From IMG/VR virus record IMGVR_UViG_3300043803_002519: DNA of 64,000 nucleotides. The stretch is one strand, 5' to 3'. Of the stretch, positions 37,640 through 45,567 are shown piece by piece. The first letter of the stretch is position 1. Every line of letters starts with the position of its first letter. Position numbers and translations under genes: made by a program. Source of the stretch: a virus. The notes beneath the pieces are model-generated. The model had not been told where the DNA came from and searched no databases. It saw only the letters and a program-made list of their open reading frames with translations.

Positions 37640-38649
37640 TGGCACTCCCACTCGCCGCGCTCACGTTCTACCGCATGGCCGACGCCAGCCCCGCTTCGGC
37701 GGACATCAACGGGCTTCTCGACGCCATCTTCACGGCCGGGTCAGCAGCCAACGACTACCGCGGGACCGCGCTTCCATCGTCGCACGTCTGGACGTGGGCG
37801 CGTCAGGTGACCGGCGTCACCGTGGCGACCTACGTCACGCCGCCGGCCGGCACCGGAATGGGGCTCTCTCCGGGGCTGATCTTCGCGGGCGCCACCGGCG
37901 CTCCGACGCCAACGATGGCGAGCCCCGACACGTTCACCGCGTCGAACCTCCTGCTCGGCATCGTAAAGAACCGAGGCGCGTGGAACGACTGGGCCAATGC
38001 GGCACCGTTCACCAGCGGCACCTTCTCCGGATACTGGCGGGCGGCAGGTACGACGTGGAACGCCACGGGCGCAAAGGTGCGCGTCTACATCTCCGAGGAG
38101 GTGATCTTCGTCCAGTTGATCGGCGTGACAGTCACTCAGCAGGCTTGGATGGCTCTCGGCGCTATCGTCGAGCCGCACCAAACCAACTCCGCGTCTGGCG
38201 GGCTTGACGCAGAGACGGACGATCGGCTCTACGGAATGTGGGCAACGGGGGGCGGAGCCACAATGACTACAACCTGGCTGAACTCGAACGCCCCCCAGAG
38301 CCCGTTCAATCATGGCGTCTCTGCTGGCCAGACCCACGGCATGGTCTGGCAGCCAGGGACGAGCACGCTCTACACCAGTGGCCGGAAGATACACTTTTCG
38401 GCAGCGGGCTCTGTAGCAGAAACTACGACCCCAGGGGGCATGTTCGTTGGTGACCTAATGCCCTTCCACAGGTCTACCGGCGGAACAGCGAACAACGGAA
38501 GCCGTCTCGGAATGCTCCGGGGCATCTACCCCAGCGGGCAGTTCCAGAGCGGCAAGACGATCCGCAACGGCTCGACCGACCTCTACCACTGCATCTCGAC
38601 GGATACGAGCGCGACGGCTGACGGCCTCATGCTGAAGGCCGCTGCGTAG
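37639..38649 (+). CDS. hypothetical protein (distal fibre or receptor-binding candidate by position)
   Basis: TAATG overlap with the fibre gene. 336 aa. Confidence 0.4.
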   Translation: MALPLAALTFYRMADASPASADINGLLDAIFTAGSAANDYRGTALPSSHVWTWARQVTGVTVATYVTPPAGTGMGLSPGLIFAGATGAPTPTMASPDTFTASNLLLGIVKNRGAWNDWANAAPFTSGTFSGYWRAAGTTWNATGAKVRVYISEEVIFVQLIGVTVTQQAWMALGAIVEPHQTNSASGGLDAETDDRLYGMWATGGGATMTTTWLNSNAPQSPFNHGVSAGQTHGMVWQPGTSTLYTSGRKIHFSAAGSVAETTTPGGMFVGDLMPFHRSTGGTANNGSRLGMLRGIYPSGQFQSGKTIRNGSTDLYHCISTDTSATADGLMLKAAA

Positions 38650-38698
38650 CCACGTCGAGCCAAGTACCAAAAACGCTAAGAACGTGGTATGCAGACGC

Positions 38699-39100
38699 AT
38701 GGCCGAGCCAGCGACCAGAGACGACCTCCGCGAGATCGCCGACGCGGTGCGCGACCTCGCGAGCGCGATGGCGGCCGGCGCGGGCGCTCGCGAGGCTCAG
38801 CGGCAGGAAGGGCAGGCCCGCGGGGAAACGGTGGTCGCTCAGATCGCCGCCCACCACAGCACGAGCACGGCGATCATGGGCGAGCTTGTGCGGCGGATTG
38901 ACTCGCTGGAGCGCACCAAGTCAGGAGCGCCCTACCTACTTGTTTACACGTTGATTGCCGCGATTGTGGTACAGGGTGGCGTGGTGTTGCACCTTTACGG
39001 CCAATCGAAAGGGCAGGATGCGAGCGCCGCATTCCGTGACGCCTCCCACGCTGCGGAGACGCTGGTGCCGACGATGCCCGGCGAGGAGTCGCCCGAATGA
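38699..39100 (+). CDS. single-pass membrane protein (holin or lysis-regulator candidate)
   Basis: One TM segment, APYLLVYTLIAAIVVQGGVVLHLY, after a 75-aa helical N-terminus. TGGTATGCA lies 5 nt upstream of the ATG. Confidence 0.4.
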   Translation: MAEPATRDDLREIADAVRDLASAMAAGAGAREAQRQEGQARGETVVAQIAAHHSTSTAIMGELVRRIDSLERTKSGAPYLLVYTLIAAIVVQGGVVLHLYGQSKGQDASAAFRDASHAAETLVPTMPGEESPE

Positions 39101-39235
39101 CGACCGACCACGCGACCGAGATGGCGTTGATCGAAGCGGCCCGCGCGAAGGCAGAGGCGGTGTGGCTCCGGTGCTCCTCCCCCGGTGCCCCGTCACAGGC
39201 TCAGCCCGCAAAGGCCAGCGTCACACCACGCCGCC

Positions 39236-39547
39236 CTACCGCCGCTGCTGGCGGGTAGGTCGCTGGCGCACCTTCGGCGCCCGGTGGCGTCGGGCCTCGA
39301 CGGCGGCCACGGCCTCATCGAGCGCGGCGAGGCTCTCCGCGTTCGCGGCATCGATCGCCTGCCGGCGAGCGGCATCCATGGCATCGCGCTCTCGCTCGCG
39401 TCGCAGGTCTGACAGGTAGTCGCGGACGACGGCGGCGAGGATAGCGCCCACGACCAACAGGAGCGACGGCCGGAGGAGCGGTGCCCACGCCTCGCCCGCG
39501 ATCGTCAGCCACGCGGGCGCCTCGATGCGGTGGGGGGGCGTGGCCAT
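39236..39547 (-). CDS. N-terminal TM plus coiled-coil protein (i-spanin-like architecture), opposite strand
   Basis: Starts MATPPHRIEAPAWL, then LLRPSLLLVVGAILAAVV, then a charged helix. High GC3 on the minus frame. The internal Met of track ORF 39236-39625 was chosen. Confidence 0.4.
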   Translation of the reverse strand: MATPPHRIEAPAWLTIAGEAWAPLLRPSLLLVVGAILAAVVRDYLSDLRRERERDAMDAARRQAIDAANAESLAALDEAVAAVEARRHRAPKVRQRPTRQQRR

Positions 39548-39592
39548 TCTGTATGCTACCCCGGTGGAAAGTCGCCGTGCTACACTCGTCGG

Positions 39593-40123
39593 ATGACCGA
39601 CACCGAGCACCTCGCCCAAATGCACCCGTGGCTTCGCGAGCGCGTGGCCGCTGCCATCGCCGACTGGCGGGCGGGCGCTCTCGAGGGGGAGACGATTCGG
39701 ATCGTGGAGTCGGTGCGGGCTACGTCCACGCAGGCCAAGTACTTCGCCGAGGGCCGATCGAAAGCCGACGGCGTGAACCGGCTGAGCCTACACCAGTTCC
39801 GGCCAGCCCTTGCAGCCGATGTCGCCGTGATTCGCGGTGGCAAGGTGGTAGCGAAGGCGTCCGATCCAGCGTGGGCGCTGTGGGGCGTGTGCGCCCTCGC
39901 GCATGGCCTGGAATGGGGCGGCGCATGGACCGGCCTCGTGGACTGCCCCCATGTGCAAGTGCCCGTCAAGCAGCGCGTGCGGCTCGCTCAGGTGGCCGCG
40001 GGCGTCGAGGCCGATGGCCTGTGGGGACCGGCGACCGAGCGCGCGATCAAAGGCCCGTTCCGCGGTGGGAGCGGGTGGGAGCGAATGAGCCTCGCGGCGT
40101 GGGCCGCATTGGAGCACGGATGA
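39593..40123 (+). CDS. endolysin: peptidase M15 (VanY/L-Ala-D-Glu peptidase-like) with PG_binding_1-like C-terminus
   Basis: SLHQFRPALAADV, LEWGGAWTGLVDCPHVQ and LAQVAAGVEADGLWGPATERAIK. The extended -10 TGCTACACT ends 6 nt before the ATG. Confidence 0.75.
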   Translation: MTDTEHLAQMHPWLRERVAAAIADWRAGALEGETIRIVESVRATSTQAKYFAEGRSKADGVNRLSLHQFRPALAADVAVIRGGKVVAKASDPAWALWGVCALAHGLEWGGAWTGLVDCPHVQVPVKQRVRLAQVAAGVEADGLWGPATERAIKGPFRGGSGWERMSLAAWAALEHG

Positions 40124-40362
40124 CCATCCCCGACACCATCGAGGCGCTGAGGCGCAAGGCGATCAACCGCGAGCAGGCGATCGACCTCCTCGTGCCCGAG
40201 CTTGACCGGCTCCTCGCGTTCGAGCTCCTGCCCGTGGTGGGCGGGTTCGCCGAGGCGCTTAGCGATCAGTTCCTTCGCCCGATGGCGGGCGGCATCGTCA
40301 ACGCGGCGCAGGCGCGGTGGGCGAAAGAGCGCCGGGCCGCGAGGGTGGCGGGGAGGCGGTGA
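40120..40362 (+). CDS. hypothetical small protein downstream of the endolysin
   Basis: ATGA overlap with the endolysin stop. 80 aa. Confidence 0.4.
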   Translation: MTIPDTIEALRRKAINREQAIDLLVPELDRLLAFELLPVVGGFAEALSDQFLRPMAGGIVNAAQARWAKERRAARVAGRR

Positions 40363-40393
40363 CCGTCGCCAAGTGGGCGCCCTTGGTCGGGGG

Positions 40394-40648
40394 TTAGCCG
40401 GAGCCGTAGCCGGAGCCGGAGCCGTAGCCGTAGCCGGAGCCGGAGCCGTCGCCGTAGCCGGAGCCGGAGCCGTCGCCGTAGCCGTAGCCGTAGCCGTAGC
40501 CGTAGCCGTAGCCGTAGCCGGAGCCGGAGCCGTCGCCGTCGCCGTCGCCGTAGCCGGAGCCGGAGCCGTCGCCGTAGCCGTAGCCGTAGCCGTAGCCGTA
40601 GCCGGAGCCGTCGTCGTCGCCGGAGCCGTCGTGCTCTACTTCGTCCAC
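40394..40648 (-). CDS. Gly/Tyr/Ser/Asp low-complexity repeat protein (84 aa)
   Basis: The sequence begins with the GTG-encoded start then DEVEHDGSGDDDGSGYGYGYGYGDGSGSGYG... All repeat codons are GGC/TAC/TCC/GAC, the high-GC3 choice on this strand only. The GTG start overlaps the upstream gene by 13 nt. Confidence 0.4.
   Translation of the reverse strand: MDEVEHDGSGDDDGSGYGYGYGYGYGDGSGSGYGDGDGDGSGSGYGYGYGYGYGYGYGDGSGSGYGDGSGSGYGYGSGSGYGSG
40397..40620. repeat. GCCGTA/GCCGGA/GCCGTC hexamer-type microsatellite (~220 bp)
   Basis: Seen directly as long runs of gccgtagccgtagccgga... Confidence 0.9.
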
Positions 40649-41022
40649 GGCGATACCTTGTTCACCGCGTCCACCGCCGCTGACGACATCAGGTGCGCCT
40701 CCAGCACTTCCGCGACGATGGGCGCCGCGGCTGGCCCGATCTTACCGCCGCTCGGCCCGGTCAACGCGAGTGAGGAGCACTCGCCCGCGCCCGTCCACGA
40801 CCAGAGGCGCCGCGCGGTGCTGAGCGTGAGCGTGTGGCCGGCGGCGCCCTCGTGGGCCGACTCGACCACGCCGGCCCACACGCCGGAACCGCGCGAACGA
40901 ACCAGCGCGACCTTGCCGACGAGCGGCGCGAACGGGGAGGCGGTGGGGGCGACGGTCGCGCCACCGAACAGGGAGGCGAGCCGCTTGGCCTCGCCGATGG
41001 TGAGAGAGTCGAGGTCGATCAT
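40636..41022 (-). CDS. hypothetical protein
   Basis: 128 aa. GGAG RBS. Preceded by the conserved 24-nt leader element. Confidence 0.5.
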   Translation of the reverse strand: MIDLDSLTIGEAKRLASLFGGATVAPTASPFAPLVGKVALVRSRGSGVWAGVVESAHEGAAGHTLTLSTARRLWSWTGAGECSSLALTGPSGGKIGPAAAPIVAEVLEAHLMSSAAVDAVNKVSPWTK

Positions 41023-41038
41023 GGTTGCTCCTGGAGTG

Positions 41039-41061
41039 GTCCCCGTCCGTGGGGCAAGGCC
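41039..41061 (-). promoter_or_regulatory. conserved leader element, copy 1 (GGCCTTGCCCCACGGACGGGGAC on the minus strand)
   Basis: Near-identical copy at 62685-62708. Both sit 11-17 nt upstream of a minus-strand ATG. Contains the hairpin CCCC-ACGGAC-GGGG. Confidence 0.5.
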
Positions 41062-41121
41062 CCCATCCTTGCAGGGGGCTACGTCGCCTGGATGGCGATG
41101 CGGGGGCGAGGCCCCCTTCGG

Positions 41122-41283
41122 TTAGGCGCCATCCACCTCCCCCGCCGGCACCCACAGCGCGAGCCCGCACGGCAGCACGACGAGGAGCACCTGACCCGCG
41201 GCGGTGTAGTTGGCGTCGGCGATGGTGACGGGGAGGGAGAGGTAGCGCATGGGATGGGTATCGGCATCGGCGAGGGTGGGCAT
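41122..41283 (-). CDS. possible small ORF (53 aa), below the track cutoff
   Basis: Hand translation: MPTLADADTHPMRYLSLPVTIADANYTAAGQVLLVVLPCGLALWVPAGEVDGA. High GC3. Confidence 0.3.
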   Translation of the reverse strand: MPTLADADTHPMRYLSLPVTIADANYTAAGQVLLVVLPCGLALWVPAGEVDGA

Positions 41284-41463
41284 TAGGGCGACTGGCGGGC
41301 AGCGGCGAGGGCCTTCCGCACTCCTGGAGTAGTTGCCGGGGGGGCATTCCCTGCACCGAGTTTGCCCCCCCGGACCCCGCGGGATTGCGGGGAAGTGAAG
41401 GCGCCAGCCTCGCCCGACCCCAAGGCGGAGAAGCCTGTACGGGCGAGGCCGGCGCGGAGGGGG

Positions 41464-41700
41464 TTACGGAGGGGACGCGAGGAACAGCCAGAGCAGTAGC
41501 GTGCCAACGCTGCCCACGAGGCCGAGGAACACCGCAGGCGGCTCCTCCGAGCACCGCGGGCACTCGTCCTCGACCAGCTCCACGTCCTCGCCACGCGACC
41601 AGCAGTAGCCGCAGAGGGTGCCCTCTTCAGGCGCCCGCGCCTCGTACTCACGCTCGGCGCGGGAGAAGCCGCTGGCCAGGGCTCGGTTGAACGGGTTCAT
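41464..41700 (-). CDS. zinc-ribbon protein with C-terminal TM anchor
   Basis: Starts MNPFNRAL. CGYC...CPRC, then FLGLVGSVGTLLLWLFLA. RBS GGAGAA. Confidence 0.5.
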   Translation of the reverse strand: MNPFNRALASGFSRAEREYEARAPEEGTLCGYCWSRGEDVELVEDECPRCSEEPPAVFLGLVGSVGTLLLWLFLASPP

Positions 41701-41810
41701 CTGTTGTTCTCCTTCGGGGTTCGTGCGGCTCGGTGCCGCCACAGCATCATGCTCCGGCGCCTTTCGCGGCGCAACCCCCCAATGAAGAAAAAAGAACGCA
41801 CGGTGAGTTG

Positions 41811-41839
41811 TTGTGTTCGCAGAGTGAGTCTGTTAGTGT
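41811..41839 (+). promoter_or_regulatory. candidate promoter for the XRE gene (leaderless)
   Basis: TTGTGT-N17-TAGTGT, with the -10 ending 5 nt before the ATG at 41845. Confidence 0.3.
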
Positions 41840-41844
41840 GCAGT

Positions 41845-42072
41845 ATGCCGCTCACCCCGACGACCTCGTTCCACCTTCTCCTAGCCGAGGCGCGACCGCG
41901 CTCCGTCAGCCAGGCCGCCGCCGCCCGCGCCCTGGGCGTTTGCCGCTCCACCCTCTCCCTGTGGGAGCGCGGCCAGCGGAAGCCCCCCTCCGGGGACCTG
42001 GCCAAGCTCCTCTTCTACTACGCCGTGAACGAGCAGGTCCGCCTTCAGGTGTACGATGCCGCCGGTGAATGA
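41845..42072 (+). CDS. XRE/Cro-CI family helix-turn-helix regulator
   Basis: SQAAAARALGVCRSTLSLWERGQRKP. 75 aa. Divergent from the minus-strand gene across an AT-richer gap. Confidence 0.7.
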   Translation: MPLTPTTSFHLLLAEARPRSVSQAAAARALGVCRSTLSLWERGQRKPPSGDLAKLLFYYAVNEQVRLQVYDAAGE

Positions 42073-42682
42073 CGACTACCGCGCCGCCCGCGAGGGGCAT
42101 GGCTCAACCTCCCGTCCAATCCGGGTGGACGAACCACATGGCCTGCCCGGCCTGAGCGCTGCGGAGACGCAGCCGGCGCGACCCCCTTCCTACGTCGACC
42201 CCTTCGGGGGCTCCTTGACCCGTGAGGTCACCCGCTGCATCGACTGCGGCGTCGGCCCCCAGACCTACCCCGGCCGCCGGTGCGGGGGCTGCTGGCGGGC
42301 GTCCACCGGGATTGTGCTGGCCCCGCCGGTGGCGCCTCCCCCGGCCCCCTCGCCGGTGTTGGTGGTGCTCAAGGAGGTCGCTCCCGCGGCGGCGCGGCCC
42401 CCCGTAGCGCGGGCGCCCAGCAAGCGGTGTCTGTGGGCCGGCTGCGACCGCAAGCACGCCCGCTACGGCGCGTGTCAGCGGGACTCCCGGCGGCTCGTCA
42501 GCATGGGTGCGGTAGGGACCGACCCTGACACCTGGCCCTCGGCGTGGGAGGTGTACCAGCAGGAGCTCGACGACCTCGCCGCCTGGAACGGCCAGGTCCA
42601 CCGCGGGCTGGGCCGCGCGGAGTCCCGGCCGATGTTGACCCTCAAAGAATGGCGCGCCCTGCGCCGAAAGGCGGACGTGTGA
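42056..42682 (+). CDS. zinc-ribbon protein
   Basis: CIDCG...CGGC and CLWAGCDRKHARYGACQRDSRRL. 208 aa. Overlaps the XRE gene by 17 nt. Confidence 0.5.
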   Translation: MPPVNDDYRAAREGHGSTSRPIRVDEPHGLPGLSAAETQPARPPSYVDPFGGSLTREVTRCIDCGVGPQTYPGRRCGGCWRASTGIVLAPPVAPPPAPSPVLVVLKEVAPAAARPPVARAPSKRCLWAGCDRKHARYGACQRDSRRLVSMGAVGTDPDTWPSAWEVYQQELDDLAAWNGQVHRGLGRAESRPMLTLKEWRALRRKADV

Positions 42683-43206
42683 GACGCGACAACGATGCCT
42701 ACTTCACGGCCCCGGCGTTAGCCCAGGCCCTCGTCGACACGCTGGACATCCTCCCCGGCGACGAGGTGCTCGAGCCCCACGCCGGCGGCGGGGCCTTCGT
42801 CGAGGCCCTCCTGCGGCGCACGCCGGCGGTGGTCGCCTCTGACATCGCTCCCGGGACGGGGTGGTACGTGCAGGACTTCCTGACGCTGCTGCCCACCACG
42901 ACGTTCGACTGGGTGGTGGGGAATCCCCCGTTCAAGAACTTCGAAGCCCATGTCGCCCAGGCCCTGACCATCGCGCCCCGGGTGGCCTTCCTCCTGCGCC
43001 TCGCGGCGATGGAGTCCATCGGGCGGATTGAGACGTGGAAGGTCTGGCCCCTGCGTCGGGTCAGGGTTCTGGCGGAGCGGCCCTCGTTCACGGGGGACGG
43101 TCGGTCGGACTCCTGCGCCTACGGGTGGTTCGAATGGGACCGGGCATGGGCGGGTAAGCCCGCCGAGGTCGTGCCCTGCTGGTCGTGGCGGAGGGTGGCC
43201 TCGTGA
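42679..43206 (+). CDS. N6-adenine (or N4-C) DNA methyltransferase, small gamma-type
   Basis: Motif I LEPHAGGGAFVEAL and motif IV VVGNPPFKNF. The GTG start overlaps the previous stop (GTGTGA). Confidence 0.7.
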   Translation: MRRDNDAYFTAPALAQALVDTLDILPGDEVLEPHAGGGAFVEALLRRTPAVVASDIAPGTGWYVQDFLTLLPTTTFDWVVGNPPFKNFEAHVAQALTIAPRVAFLLRLAAMESIGRIETWKVWPLRRVRVLAERPSFTGDGRSDSCAYGWFEWDRAWAGKPAEVVPCWSWRRVAS

Positions 43207-44417
43207 AGTACGGCTCCGTCTGCTCCGGCATCGAGGCCGCCACCGCGGCTTGGCACCCACTCGGCTGGACGCCGGCGTGGTTCGCTGAAATCGAAGCGTT
43301 CCCCAGCGCGGTCCTCGCGCATCACTACCCTCAGGTGCCCAACCATGGTGACTTCACCCAACTCATCGACAACTCGCCGGAGGGCGTCGACGTCCTCGTC
43401 GGCGGAACCCCCTGCCAGGCCTTCTCCGTCGCAGGACTCCGACAGGGTCTTGCCGACCATCGCGGCGGCCTCACGCTGGAGTTCCTTCGACTGGCTCGAG
43501 CACTTCGCCCGAAGTGGATCGTCTGGGAAAACGTCCCCGGTGTCCTGTCGCAAGACGGAGGACGGGCGTTTGGAGCCTTCCTCGGGGGGCTGGAAGACCT
43601 CAGGTATGGGTGGGCCTACCGGGTCCTGGACGCTCAGTACTTCGGACTAGCCCAGCGCCGCAAGCGTGTGTTCGTTGTCGGATGTGCTGGAGGAGACTTC
43701 GCGCGTGCCGCAGCGGTTCTCTTTGAGCCGGAGGGCCTGCGTAGGGATTCTCCGCCGCGCCGTGAAGCGGGGGCGGGGGCGGGAGTTGCCGGCGCCATTA
43801 GCACAGGCGCTTCTGGCGGTGGCGGGCGGCTGATCGGGGCTGACGAGGCCGCCGCAAGTCAGATCGTACCGTATGGGGGTGGGGATGTGGCATGGCCCGC
43901 CACGATCGCCCCGACGCTCTACGCTCTGATGGGCGAGAAGATGGGCATGGAGAACCAGCACATAAACAGCGGAGCGGGGCACTTTGTTCCCACGCTATCT
44001 CCGTGCCTCGAAACCCAGGTGGGTGGCCTGCGCCACCCCGACACGCAGGCCTATGTCGTCAACGCGATGCCGGTCTCGCTTGGTAAGGGCCTTGGGCACA
44101 ACAAAGATGACTACTGCGTGCCGTCAACACAGGGCGTCCGCCGCCTGACGCCGACCGAGTGCGAGCGGTTGCAGGGGTTTCCCGATGGCCACACCCTCGT
44201 TAGCTACCGAGGCAAGGCGGCCAAGGACTGCCCCGACGGCCCGCGCTACAAGGCCCTGGGGAACTCGATGGCGGTGCCGGTCATGCGTTGGATCGGAGAG
44301 CGTATCGCTCTCGCGGAAGCCCTCGCGGAAGCCCTCGACCAGGCGCCCCCGGTGCCATCGGTGCCATCGGTGCCTGCGTGGTTGCAGACCTGGTCCGGTC
44401 GGCAGGAGCAGGATTGA
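43203..44417 (+). CDS. C5-cytosine DNA methyltransferase
   Basis: CSGIEAAT, GGTPCQAFSVAG, VWENVPG, LAQRRKRVFVVG and LGNSMAVPV. The GTG at 43203 overlaps the upstream stop as GTGA. The track start at 43185 is an alternative. Confidence 0.9.
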   Translation: MKYGSVCSGIEAATAAWHPLGWTPAWFAEIEAFPSAVLAHHYPQVPNHGDFTQLIDNSPEGVDVLVGGTPCQAFSVAGLRQGLADHRGGLTLEFLRLARALRPKWIVWENVPGVLSQDGGRAFGAFLGGLEDLRYGWAYRVLDAQYFGLAQRRKRVFVVGCAGGDFARAAAVLFEPEGLRRDSPPRREAGAGAGVAGAISTGASGGGGRLIGADEAAASQIVPYGGGDVAWPATIAPTLYALMGEKMGMENQHINSGAGHFVPTLSPCLETQVGGLRHPDTQAYVVNAMPVSLGKGLGHNKDDYCVPSTQGVRRLTPTECERLQGFPDGHTLVSYRGKAAKDCPDGPRYKALGNSMAVPVMRWIGERIALAEALAEALDQAPPVPSVPSVPAWLQTWSGRQEQD

Positions 44418-44435
44418 GCCTCCTTGGCGGGCGCC

Positions 44436-44681
44436 CTACGCGCCGACCTCGCCCTCGTCCACGTCCACGTCCACGTCGAGGACCGGGTCAGGCGCAGGGT
44501 CATTGAGGTCCTCCACGGGTACGTCGAGGATGTGAGCCAGGCCTACGCGCAAGGCCGCCAGCATCGCTGCGTGGCGGCTGACGCGCAGGCCCGTCCGCTT
44601 CGACAGCTTCTCGGCGGCGAGGTCGCCCGCCGCCCTCAGGAGGTCAGCGGCGGCGGTGTTGAAGGTGATGATGCGGTTCAT
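44436..44681 (-). CDS. hypothetical protein, possible ribbon-helix-helix N-terminus, acidic DVDVDVD tail
   Basis: MNRIITFNTAAADLLRAAGDLAAEKL. ATGA overlap with the RuvC-like gene. Confidence 0.4.
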   Translation of the reverse strand: MNRIITFNTAAADLLRAAGDLAAEKLSKRTGLRVSRHAAMLAALRVGLAHILDVPVEDLNDPAPDPVLDVDVDVDEGEVGA

Positions 44682-45178
44682 GGGGTGACTCCGGGGTGCA
44701 GGGCGGGATGGATGCGTAGGTGGTGAAGACCTAGACCGATGGCGTCCCAGGTGTCGAGGGTGCAGGCGCGGCCGGGGCGAATCGCGGCGAGCTCACCCAC
44801 GGACAGGCGGGCCTTCGACCGGGCGGCGATGACCTCCTTCGGGGCCTGCCCCTTCCACGCCGCGGGGTCGTAGTGGACGACCTTCGCGCCCAGGGAGGCC
44901 GCGATGGCCGCGAGGCCCCCCGCCACGCCGGCGACTTGCAGGACATCGTTGGGGTCGGCGACCGCGTGGGGGTAGATGACCTGTCCCTCGAGCACGACGA
45001 CGTCGACCCCGTGGAGCGCCAAGGGGGACCAGATGGCTGCGGCGACCTCCCCCCAGGACTTGGGGCCGCGCCCCGGCACACGCGGCCGCGCGGCGTAGGC
45101 GTCGACCAGACGCCCGTCGACGAAGAGGGCCACGCCCGTCGTGCGGAGGGCGGGGTCGAAGCAGACCAGGTGCTTCAC
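44678..45178 (-). CDS. RuvC-like Holliday junction resolvase
   Basis: VCFDPALRTTGVALF, VVVLEGQ and DTWDAIGLGLHH. GTG start in a GTGA overlap. Confidence 0.65.
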   Translation of the reverse strand: MKHLVCFDPALRTTGVALFVDGRLVDAYAARPRVPGRGPKSWGEVAAAIWSPLALHGVDVVVLEGQVIYPHAVADPNDVLQVAGVAGGLAAIAASLGAKVVHYDPAAWKGQAPKEVIAARSKARLSVGELAAIRPGRACTLDTWDAIGLGLHHLRIHPALHPGVTP

Positions 45179-45567
45179 TCAGTCCACCCGCCCCTGCCGG
45201 AGATATCGGAGCACCAGCCGCCGCTGTCGAGCGTCAGGTGGGGGAGAGGCAACTCTTGCTGCGCGGGGGCCATGGGGTCGCGCGCTTCGCGAAGGCCGCC
45301 ATCCCCCCAAATCTCCCACACCCGCCAGCCGGGGAGCCAGCGTTGGTATGGGTCGGCGTGGTCAATCCAAGGCTCCCCGCTCGCGGAATCAGAGATGCAG
45401 ATGAGGGTCCTGCCCTCGGCCCAGGGGAGCACTGCTGGGTGCGGGTCGGCGGCGGCCAGCTGCTCTCGCGTGACCACGCTGCCGTACTCGGCCTCCAGAG
45501 CGTACCACTTTCCGACGTCGAGTACCTCCTTGCGCTCGAGGTCCACGAGGTAGTAGTCGACGCCCAC
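45175..45567 (-). CDS. hypothetical protein
   Basis: The GTG start overlaps the polymerase stop (TAGTG). 130 aa. The upstream part of track ORF 45175-46056 is antisense noise inside the polymerase gene. Confidence 0.45.
   Translation of the reverse strand: MGVDYYLVDLERKEVLDVGKWYALEAEYGSVVTREQLAAADPHPAVLPWAEGRTLICISDSASGEPWIDHADPYQRWLPGWRVWEIWGDGGLREARDPMAPAQQELPLPHLTLDSGGWCSDISGRGGWTE

Noticed and set aside
40636-40648. Programmed frameshift fusing the 128-aa protein to the Gly-Tyr repeat
   Set aside because: The 13-nt overlap has no slippery heptamer (X XXY YYZ) or obvious downstream stimulator. Independent GTG initiation or no translation is simpler.
40202-41125. Plus-strand 307-aa ORF reading the microsatellite as AVAVAGAGAV repeats
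   Set aside because: It uses GTA/GGA codons, which are atypical for this genome. It runs antisense through the better-supported 40636-41022 gene. It has no plausible start context.
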